Shown here piece after piece: positions 51,841 to 64,000 of a DNA stretch of 64,000 nt (its first letter is position 1; every line of letters begins with the position of its first letter). The translations under genes were made by a program, and so were the position numbers. The stretch is from the human T2T-CHM13v2.0 reference genome, Homo sapiens. Below the pieces are notes generated by a model, which was not told where the DNA came from, ran no database searches, and saw only the letters and a program-made list of their open reading frames with translations. The stretch lies in NCBI RefSeq assembly GCF_009914755.1, contig NC_060940.1; one strand, 5' to 3'.

Positions 51841-52162
51841 GCCTAAGGGACTTACCTGTGTGAAGATCGGCCTATAAGTCTCTGTGCTTTTTGGATTCCA
51901 AATCATGCTTCCTCAACCTGTGAAAAGCATAGATCAGCTGCCCTTTCTTGGGCCTGGCTCAGTGTTTGCATTAGAGAAAAGGGAAAAGTACATTCCAAAA
52001 TCACCTACTATCATCTCAATTTCTAATAGGTTAGGAAAAAAAAAACCCAAATCGCCTACAGGCATCATGACAGATATCTCTTTGAAGATCCTAACAAGAC
52101 CCCTGAGAGACAGATACTATTATTGCCAACAGAAATGCTAGCGTTTCTCTCAGCCACAAAAT

Positions 52163-52459
<297 letters not shown>

Positions 52460-52836
52460 CAGAACAACTATTAATATATCCAATATGCAAAGAACTCCCA
52501 TGAGAAGAAACAAATAAACCACCTGACAGGAAAATGGGCAAAGGCAATGAGTGGACCCCTCACTGAAGAGGATATCCAAATGGCCAAAGGTTATCTCTAA
52601 GGATGCTCAAGGACATGCAAATTAAAGCTAAAATAAGATCCCTTTTTTTTTAATCCATTAGACTGGGAAAAAACTAAAAAGAGAAGCTATTTCAAGGTGA
52701 CAAAAATGTGAGAAAATACTTTCATACGTTGCTGGTGGGAATATGAAATGTGACAACAAGGAATACTAGGAAAAACTTAAGTGTTAAGCTACACAAATGT
52801 GTTACCAAGCAATCTTACATTCAATAATCAGACTAT

Positions 52837-53131
52837 GGCCGGGCACGACGGCTCATGCCTGTAATCTCAGCACTTTGGAAGGCTGAGGTGGGAGGATCAC
52901 CTGAAGTTGGGAGTTCGACACCAGCCTGACCAACATGGAGAAACCCCATCTTTACTAAAAATACAAAATTAGCCGGGCATGGTGGCACATGACTGTAATC
53001 CCAGCTACTTGGGAGGCTGAGGCAGGAGAATCGCTTGAACCTGGGAGGCAAATGTTGCGGTGAGATCACGCCATTGCACTCCAGCCTGGGCAACAAGAGT
53101 GGAACTCCATGTCAAAAAAAAAAAAAAAAAA
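52837..53131 (+). mobile_element. AluSp-like
   Basis: CCAGCCTGACCAACATGGAGAAACCCC diagnostic. Confidence 0.9.
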
Positions 53132-53440
53132 TCGGGTTATATAAATTAGAGCATCTCTCTGTTAGAATATAATGTTCAACGTTGTTTCTTTGTGGAAAAA
53201 TTGGAAACTAGCCTGAATGTTCATCAGTACAAGACTGATTGAATACGTGGGTCCACATATGGAATGTAGTGCAGTCATTAAAAACAGTAAGTAAAAATAA
53301 ACTGTGGTACATCCCTTTTATGAAATACTACTCAGCAAAACTGAGTGAACTATTGGTACACACGACTTAGAGGAATCTCAAATGCATTATGTGGGACAAC
53401 AGAAGCCAATTTCAAATATTGTGTGATTTCATTGATGTGA

Positions 53441-54064
<624 letters not shown>

Positions 54065-54801
54065 TGACAAAACTATAATGTTGAAGAACAGATTAGTGGT
54101 TGTTGGGGCTTAGGGATGGAAGGAGGGTGTGACTACTGGATGTGAAGGAACTTTTTGGGGTGGTGGAAATGTACATGTTTATTGTGGTGGTGATCACGTG
54201 AATGCAGACATTGCTGAAATTCATAGAACTATACACTCCCAAAAGGTTGATTTTGCTGTGTAATAAGTATAAAACATGTTTAACGACATCAAAAATGAGT
54301 TATATCTATACCGATTGACTGGGCGGGGTCTCCTGATAATTTAGGATGAAAAAAGTTGTAAAACAAGGTGGATACCATGATCTTATTTTTGTGAAACCAA
54401 CCAAAAATCCTTTCTATGTATGATTATGTGTTTGTGTATGTTTCCATGAGTATAAGAAAGAAGTGGAAAAACACTCTCTAGGCTGTTAATATTGGTTATC
54501 TCAGGAAGGCTGGAATGGAAGGGGAAGCATTAAGAAGTGTTTCTTTGTATATCTTTGCATTATTTCACTGGTTATATTGAGCAAATACTACATTTTTAAT
54601 TAGAGCAAGAGAGCCAGATAAAATTAATAAAGGAAAATTAAAGAAGTCAGAGAAAATCAGAAGGAAGGCTAGTAAGAAAGAAGGCAAGAAAAGTCCAAGA
54701 GAGAACTGGTTGGTGGAAAAGTGGCAAAGAAGTGACCTTCAGGGTTCAGTGGGGTCTGTGAAGTACCCATTAAATCTCCAAATCAGAAAAATACGAGTGT
54801 T

Positions 54802-55084
54802 GGCCAGGCATGGTGGCTCACGCCTGTAATCCCAGCACTTCGGGAGACTGAGGCGGGTGGATCAACTGAGGTCAGGAGTTCAAGACCAGCCTGGCCAACA
54901 TGATGAAACCCCGTCTCTACTAAAAATACAAAAATTAGCTGAGCCTGGTTTCAGGTGCCTGTAATCCCAGCTACTTGGGAGGCAGAGGCGGGAGAATTGC
55001 TTGAACCCAGAGGTGGAGGTTGCAGTGAGTCAAGATCGTGCCACTGCACTCTAGCCTGGGCGACAAGAATGAGACTCCGTCTCA
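54802..55084 (+). mobile_element. AluSx-like lacking a poly-A tail
   Basis: ...CTCCGTCTCA followed directly by TSD ATA(C/T)GAGTGTT. Confidence 0.92.
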
Positions 55085-55167
55085 ATATGAGTGTTGCTGG
55101 AACTACAGGAACATTCTGCACCTGGAGCCAGGGACAAGCTGTGATTCAAGGGTTAAGACTTGGGCTC

Positions 55168-55548
55168 TGGTATGGTTTGGCAATATGTTCCCACCCAAAT
55201 CTCATGTTGAATTGTAATTCCCAATGTTGGGGGAGGGACCTAGTGGGAGGTGATTGGATTGTGGGGGTGGAATTTCCCATGCTGTTCTCGTGATAGTGAG
55301 TGAGTTCTCACAAGATCTGATGGTTTGAAAGTGTATGACACTTCCTCCCTCACACTTTCTCTCCTGCCACCACATGAAGAAGGTGCTTGTTTCCCCTTCA
55401 CCTTCCGCCATGACTGTAAGTTTCCTGAGGCCTCTCAGCCATGCTTCATGTTAAGCCCGTGGAACTGTGAGTCAATTAAACCTCTTTTCTTTATAAATTA
55501 CCCAGTCTCAGGTAGTTCTTTACAGCAGTGTGAGAACAGATTAATACA
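55168..55548 (+). mobile_element. MSTA-like solo LTR
   Basis: TGGTATGGTTTGG...CAGATTAATACA; TSD GGCTC/GGTTC. Confidence 0.9.
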
Positions 55549-55807
55549 GGTTCATTTCTAGGGCTCAAGGCAGCTTTCATGGCTCTCCTTTGTTTTTTCT
55601 GCATGTTCGTTTGTTCACCTGTGCATCCATCATCCATCACCCATCTACCTTTTGTTAAATGCCTACTGTGTTCTTAATTTTAAAACTTATGCTTCGTGTT
55701 TCCTCTGAATCATAATAAAATCCAAAATAAAATCCAGTGTTGTGTGTTGGTCTTTAGAGGCTACAATAAATGAAGACACTGGGATCCTTTACTAAGATTT
55801 TATTTCT

Positions 55808-56371
55808 TTTTTAAAAAAATGTTTTCAACTTTTATTTTAGATTCAGTGGGTACATGTGCAGGTTTGTTACCTAGGTATATTGCATGATGCTGAGGTTGGG
55901 AGTATGAATGATCCCGTTACCCAGGTAGTGAGCATAGTACCCACCAGTTAGTTTTTCAATGCTTGCCCCTCACTGCTTCCCCACTTTAGTAGTCCCCAGC
56001 GTCTATTGTTGTCATCTTTATGTATGTAAGTACTCAATGTTTACCTCCTTCTTCTAAGTGGGATTTGGTTTTCTGTTCCTGTGTTAATTTGCACAGGATA
56101 ATGGCCCCCAGCTGCATCCACGTTGCTGCAAAGGATGTGATTTCATTCTTTTTTATGGCTGTATTGTATTCCATGGAGTATATGTGCATATTTTCCTTAT
56201 TGAATCCACTGTTGATGGGCACCTAGGTTGATTCCATGTCTCTAGTATTGTGAATAGTGCGGAAATGACCATATGAGTGCATGTGTCTTTTTGGTAGAAC
56301 AATTTATTTTCTTTTGGATACATACCTGGCAATGAGATTGCTGGGTTGAATGGTAGTTATGTTTTAGGTTC
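55808..56371 (-). mobile_element. L1PA15/16-like 3' end
   Basis: L1 3'UTR; TSD AGATTTT(T)ATTTCT. Confidence 0.87.
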
Positions 56372-56620
56372 AGATTTTATTTCTGAGATTAAGCTTCATG
56401 GACCATTCCTCCTGGAGTATGTGGCGGTGGCAACTCTACATAGGGGAAACCTGTATGCACTCAGTCTTCAGAGCCTCTGAAATAGACATTTGGGAACCTC
56501 AGGATTTGGTGATAGACCTTGCAATGGGTCACTCTGTTACCTTGGGAGTGTCCAGGGCATCTTCTCCCAATTTCCTGTTGTGATTGATTAGAGAGATGTT
56601 CCCCATACTATCAGAACAGG

Positions 56621-57276
56621 TTTTTTTAAAATTATACTTTAAGTTCTGGCATACATGTGCAGAGCGTGCAGGTTTGTTACATAGGTATGCAAGTGCCATG
56701 GTGGTTTGCTGCACGCATTAACCCGTCATCTACATTAGATATTTCTCCAAATGCTATCCCTCCCCTAGCCCCCCACCCGCCAACAGGCCCCGGTGTGTGA
56801 TGTTCCCCTCCCTGTGTCCATGTGTTCTCATTGTTCAACTCCCACTTATGAGTGAGAACATGAGGTGTTTGGTTTTCTGTTCCTGTATTAGTTTGCTGAG
56901 AATGATGGTTTCCAGCTTCATCCATGTCCCTGCAAAGGACATGAACTCATCCTTTTTTATGGCTGCATAGTATTCCATGGTGTATATGTGCCACATTTTC
57001 TTTATTCAGTCTATCATTGATGCACATTTGGGTTGGTTCCAAGTCTTTGCTATTGTGAAAAGTGCTGCAATAAACATATGTGTGCATATCTTTATAGTAG
57101 AATGATTTACAATCCTTTGGGTATATACCCAGTAATGGGATTGCTGGGTCAAATGATATTTTTGATTCTAGATCCTTGAGAAATCGCCACACTGTCTTCT
57201 ACAATGGTTGAACGAATTTACACTCCCACCAACAGTGTAAAAGTGTTCCTATTTCTCCACATCCTCTCCAGCATCT
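56621..57276 (-). mobile_element. L1PA7/8-like 3' end
   Basis: TATACTTTAAGTTCTGG..ATACATGTGCAGAGCGTGCAGG; TSD AGAACAGG. Confidence 0.9.
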
Positions 57277-57279
57277 AGA

Positions 57280-57470
57280 ACAGGGTTCTTAAGTCAAACT
57301 ACCTGAGCCCAAATCCTAGCTAAGTCACTTACTGACTGTGTGCCCTTGGGCAAGTTTAATGCTATGTCTGGGGTTCTCAGTTTCCTCATCTGTAAACAGT
57401 GCATGAAGAGTAAATGTGTTAATAGATGAAAAGCCCTTGAAACACTGTCTGCTCAAAATACGCTTTATGA
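57280..57470. mobile_element. MIR
   Basis: CTTACTGACTGTGTGCCCTTGGGCAAGTT...CTCAGTTTCCTCATCTGTAAA core. Confidence 0.8.
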
Positions 57471-58281
57471 TCAGTATTCTCACTGTAGTTGCTGATAATT
57501 AAGTGGCAATGAGTTGCATTGACTAGATGCATAATACAATAATCCATTGGATTGTGTTGAATAACAGAAGACAATGAACATAAAACATAATAACATTTAT
57601 GTTACAACTATATGTGTTTGTATATATGTGTGTTTGTGTGTGTGTAAGTATATTTTTCCAAGTTTGTATGTATGTACATATGTAAATTTGACAAGACATT
57701 GAGAAAAGTCTGAAAGAACATACCCCAGACCATAACATCTCAGAAGGGTGGATTTGGGAGAGGATTAAATGGGAATTTACTTATTATTTTATGCTCTTCC
57801 ATATTGTCCAAAAATTTATCATCAATATTATTGTTTTTGTAATTTAAAAAGAAAAATAAATGAAAAGAATCAAACAATTTTAAAATGGAGATAAACAAAT
57901 CAAAGAATCTCTTTTCATCTTCTATACAGAAAAATTACTATTTTTCAGAGTCATTGGTTGTATGAGGTTCTCAAAGGCAGCCATAAAAAGGATATATATA
58001 TATATATTTTTTTTCCAATATTAGGGCAATTTCTGGGATTGTTGATCCTTATGTGAAGTTGAGATGTATCTGATATAGATCCATGAGGTCAGTCTAATAA
58101 ATCACTTTGCTGGTTGCTGCATTTGAAATTCAAAGCCCGGAGATACAACTCTCCATGTCTAGGGCTCCCCAGGTGCCACTCATCCTGATCCCCCTTGCCC
58201 ACAGCCTTGATGGGCTGGACTCACAGAATTTGGAGCTGCACATTTCTCTAAATAATCTCACCCTCTTCTTCCTAAAAAAAA

Positions 58282-58559
<278 letters not shown>

Positions 58560-59556
58560 CCTGTTCTTTAAATATGCTCCTCCAAGTTAGTCTACCTGAA
58601 GTACCCAGAGAGAGCTTATTGCTATGGAGAACATAGTCAGAAGTCTGCTTTGGTCCTGTTGGAAAGCTATAAAACATTTATCATTGTGGACCAAGCAGAT
58701 GATATAAAAGACCAGGGTAGCTACAGTGATGACAGGCAGATTCTCAGGCAAGACTGACTCAAAGTGTCTGAAACTATTTTATCCATTCCCTTAGAAATGG
58801 GATCTCTTTAGGGACAGACTCACATTGTCTAGACACACTGAGTCTAATTTACAAACCAAATTTGCACTATTACAAGGAGGGAAGATAAACCACTGCAGTG
58901 ACAAGAAGTCTCAGGTCTAATCCTTAGGACACCCTTCCAGTCATTAAGGCACCTGGAAAATGGGAAAAGATGTGGAATGGATGATTGGAGGAGACTCAAT
59001 TTGGGAACCATGTAACTTTGGAATTACCATCAGCTGTGTGACTGCAGACCTTTGGTAAAATTCTCTGAAGCGTTTATCATCTGAATAATAGAGATAATAG
59101 TACAACTTTAAAGTGGATTTTTAGAAATAAACTGAGACTTGCAAGCAGAGTCTTACTGGGGAGACATACTTGTAAGAAAGTGAGAATTGTAGAAGGGATA
59201 AACTGACCTGCAATGTGGCTGTAACTGAGATCTCTGGAACTTGGATAGGGACTTCAGAGTTGGGATAACCCTTCAAGTTGTCTCAAATTGGGAGAGAAGG
59301 GCTGAGCCTTTGAACCTTTACATTAATCAATCTGTGGCCATATACCATGCCGAGGGTGTATGACCTTGGATGATGTCATTCCATATAACTGAGGGCAGTT
59401 TTTAGTGAGAGGTACAGCTGTGGGCTTCTAACAGCCTCTATTCCCAGCAGTTAGAGTGCATTGGTTTTGAAGAGGGGATCTTGACAGCATTTCCCAGTGT
59501 CCACTATAAGTCTATACTTTATAAGTTTGTAGGGATTATACAAGTACTTAGCGTAA

Positions 59557-60240
<684 letters not shown>

Positions 60241-61414
60241 TGTCACTGAAAGTAGACCCACAGAGCTGCAGTTTCTGCTGCCATTTCCTCCTCTGATGTC
60301 CAAGAGGCCAGAGTCCTCCTCTTCTTTGCCATGTTTCTGGAGCTTACAGGTGAGCGCAGGGCCAGTGAAGGTTTCTGCTTTAAGGTCATCTCCTGCTGCT
60401 CATTAGTGATGCTGCTCTTCATCTCTCCTGTTCCATTTTAAACCAAACGTTTTCAGTGGACAAAACCACTACATCTACCATAAATATTTCTTTGCCTTGG
60501 ACAGTACAAACACTGGCAAAGCCTTAAACTCTAATTTTCTCCATCAGTCATCACAGAACCCATAGACTCCTGACAGGCAAGTAACTTGGAGAGGGTTTAC
60601 TCTTTACATCATTAACATAATGCCATCCCTCCCCATAATCTTTTTGGTTGAATTTTGGAGACTTCCTTATGCCTTCAGGAATACAGTTCAAGACGTGTTG
60701 CCCAGGCAGTTGAGGATAAGTGAAGAGGAACATTTTTAGCACATGACTAAGGTCATTCATTAAACATTGATTTTTAAAAATTGGCTTTAGTAGCACAGGT
60801 CACCTTTTCTTGAATTTGAATTCAAACTTTCAGGGAGGCTCCCTTGTCAGAAATTCTGTACAATCACTACCCAGACCATATACGCTTGAGAGAATTTTTG
60901 ATTCCTATTTCTTGTTTTATGTTCTCTGTCTTCTTATATCACTAAGCAGTATTGAGAAAGGGGAGGGGCAGGTTTGGAAGGAGCAATAATGGGGTACTTG
61001 TGGTTATTTTATTTTGATTTTTTTGGTAGGTGAGATCATCTGGAGGAGGGACACCAACTCTAGGGTATCCAATATAAAGATCCAGTACCTTGGTGTTTAG
61101 ATCAGTGAGCAAGGTGGCTGAAGCAGAATAATCAGAAGAATCACATTTTTACATCAAAGTAATCCTTATAATGATTAAGATTTTATTGGTTATAATGTAA
61201 CTAAAGGCAACTCAAGATAGCTTAAGTAAGAAAATTTATTTTCTTAGTTAAGAAACCATCAAGGGCAGGGGTACAGAGGGGTCTTTAGTAATGGACTTCA
61301 GTCAGGAAACCCAGGCAGACCTCTTTCTCATTTACTCACTTCTGTTTCTCTCTGTGTATATGCTTCTGTAGTATAGTGGCCCCTTCCCTGCTCTCTTTCT
61401 TGGATCTTTTGTTC

Positions 61415-61735
61415 TGGAGGAAGCCATGTTATGAGGAGACTCAAGCACTCCTGTGGAAAGGTTTATGTGGTGAGGAACTGAGGCCTCCTGCCAGCAGTGA
61501 ATGAGTAATCTTGGAACTGGATTGCTCAGCCTCAATCAACTTTCAGAAGACTCTGGGCCCAGCTGGCATCCTGACTGAAAACTCATCTGAGACTGTGAGC
61601 TAGAACAATACAGCTCATCCCCTGTGGAATTCTTGAGTACTAGAAACTACCTAGAAACTGTGAGAAAACATGCTTACTCTTTAATCCACTGAGTTTTGTG
61701 CTAATATTTTACACATCAATGGGTAACTAGTATAT
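61415..61735. mobile_element. MLT1-type MaLR LTR fragment
   Basis: GTGGTGAGGAACTGAGGCCTCCTGCCAGCAG...GAAACTGTGAGA. Confidence 0.65.
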
Positions 61736-61865
61736 AATGCAAATAATCACTGCCAATAACTCTTTATTCAGAAAGCAGTCATCATGGAGGGGAGTCTTAG
61801 TCTTACTTCCAATTTCCAGAAAGAAAGAATCTGATTGATGCTTCCTGGGTAAAGTACTCAGATGT

Positions 61866-62249
61866 TGTCTTAGTCCATTTTTAGTTGCTATCACAGAACA
61901 CCACAGACTGGGTAGCTTATAAAGAAAAGAGATTATTTGGCCTATAGTTCTGGAGGCTGGGAAGTTCATGATCAGGGACTATGTCTGGTGGAGACCTTCT
62001 TGCTGTGTTATAACATGGTGGGAAGACAAGAGAATGCATGAGACAGAGAGCAAATGGGGGCTGAACTTATCCTTTTATCAACAGCCTACTCCTATGACAA
62101 CTAACTCACTCCTACAGTAATGGCATAAATCCATATGGCCTCTTCATTCATCCTAATCACCTCTTAAAGTTCCCTCCTTTCAGCACTGTCACAATGGCCA
62201 TTAAATGCCAACATGAGTTTTGTTGAGGACACACATTCAAACCATAGCA
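61866..62249 (-). mobile_element. MSTD/MLT1A-like solo LTR
   Basis: TGTCTTAGTCCATT...CATTCAAACCATAGCA; TSD GATGT/GATAT. Confidence 0.85.
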
Positions 62250-62752
62250 GATATGAACCAATAAATTGTGGTTAAGGTAGTGAGTAGTGTCATATATTTA
62301 TAAGGGACTTTCCACTGTAACCCTGTATATGTGAGGTATTTTGGTGAGGAGTAACTGGGATACCCCAAAGTAAGTTTCACACTGGAACAGGACTTTGTTT
62401 CTTTTGTCACCAGTTTTTCTCCTAAGGTAGTTGAAGCTTACCTTGGTTATAATACAGTTGTTTGAGGTTAGGTATCAATGCCATGTGTGAAATAAAGTGT
62501 GTGACTGACTTTTATCTGTATGTTTTCAAGATTGGTGGGCTTCTTGTGTTTTGGTGGCCTACCCCTTGCATGCCTGGTTATACTGAGGTGTTTAAACAGC
62601 CTCAGACTTGCCTTCTTGGCTACTTTCAAGTTGCTGAGCATTTTCCAAAATTTCTTCTGATAACTGCAGTAAATCTTTTTCAGGAAGCGCCCATATCCCT
62701 TATTATGTATGAAAAAAACTTCAATGTATCTGGCTTTTCAAGAAACAAATCC

Positions 62753-63138
62753 GGCTGGGCATGGTGGCTCACACCTGTAATCCTAGCACTTTGGGAGGCT
62801 GAGGGGGGCAGATCACTTAAGGTCAGGAGTTAAAGACCAGCCTGGGCAACATGGTGAAACCCTGTTTCTACTAAAAATACAAAACTTAGCCAGGCGTGGT
62901 GGTGCACGCCTGTGGTCACAGCTACTCAGGAAGCTGAGACACAAGAATTGCTTGAACCTGGGAGATGGAGGCTGCAATGAGCTGAGATTGTGCCACTGCA
63001 CTTCAGCCTCTGCGACAGAGCGAGACTCCATCTCAAAAAAAAAAAAAGAAAGGAAAGGAAAAGAAAAGAAAGGAAGAAAGGAAGGAAGGAAGGAAGAAAG
63101 AAGGAAAGAAAGAAAAAAGAAAGAAAGAGAAAGAAAAA
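62753..63138 (+). mobile_element. AluS with (GAAA/GGAA)n-expanded tail
   Basis: Full dimer, ~100-nt purine tail, TSD AAGAAA(C)AAATC. Confidence 0.93.
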
Positions 63139-64000
63139 TCTGCTAGAATTTCTTCATCTTTGAAAATAAGTCTATTGGGAGAAAGTAAACACAATGAGTC
63201 TTGATGTAAATGAGATTATAGGGAGAGGTTTACTTGTTATAATGCTGGCATGTATTTCACAACTTCTGAGTAAATAAACTTGTTTTCAGGTAATCACCAT
63301 TGCAAAAATAAACATTTCCTAAGACACACCTGTGTATATCCTCAGGATTTAGGGGTTACATTTAAAAGATGGTAGCACCTTTGAAATTATTATGTCTCAG
63401 AGGAACTGCTTTTAAACAAGCTAGCCAGAATACGATTCATAATTATATGGTTGTAAAGTAAATATGACTCTGCTAAAAATGGACTTTCATCTCCATCCAT
63501 TTTAATATTTGTATATTTGTTAATAGAATCCTCAGAGCAAATATAAGTAATCTTTAGATATAACCCTTTCTTAGCAGCATATTATAGCTAACTCAGTGCC
63601 TTCTCTTCTGTGCATGCCAGCAGTCTTGCCTTTCCTTTGAAACTCCCTCATCTAATTGTCAATTAAGGCTTAGAGGCTCTTGGTGCCAGCTTAGAACATT
63701 TAGCCTATCAGCTGTAATTTTTAATCCTGATTTGTGTCTCTCATACTTATTGGCCAATTTTTCCTTACAATGACATTAACTTGTATCAATCCTAGTTTAT
63801 GGAGTATATTGTGAGTTTTCAAATTTTACTGAGAAGTTTAGATTGGGCTGCTGATTTTAATCCAGAAGTCTTTAGTATGAACATTTTGTACTCTTTTGCC
63901 CATATTACTCCATATTTCTGGAATATCTCACATTTCCAGAATGATTGAGCCAATTTATACTGCTACAGATAGTTTATGAGAGAGTTTTACACCTTCCTAT

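Overview
This is primate (human-like) non-coding genomic DNA, intergenic or deep intronic, and very rich in transposable elements. It holds about 44 Alu copies, about 20 LTR-retroelement solo LTRs (MaLR THE1/MST, ERV1 LTR2/LTR8/MER4/MER51/MER61/LTR15-like, ERVK MER9), L1 fragments of many ages, L2/MIR relics, and DNA transposons (MER2, Charlie1-like, MADE1, MER75A). I find no credible protein-coding gene, tRNA, rRNA or CRISPR array. Nearly all longer ORFs fall on Alu, L1, LTR or simple repeats, and none of the rest resembles a protein I recognise. I do not see a new multi-gene system. The notable signals are structural: (1) a young ~270-bp sequence copied from 1.6 kb upstream into an Alu, with a 20-bp flanking duplication; (2) three older local direct duplications at 0.9-2.6 kb spacing; (3) a near-perfect 71-nt hairpin not explained by any repeat I recognise; (4) two twin-primed (5'-inverted) L1 insertions, one with a candidate 3' transduction; (5) several multi-level nested insertions with intact TSDs. 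Subfamily names come from recall of consensus sequences and need RepeatMasker/Dfam confirmation. Boundaries without TSD support are approximate.
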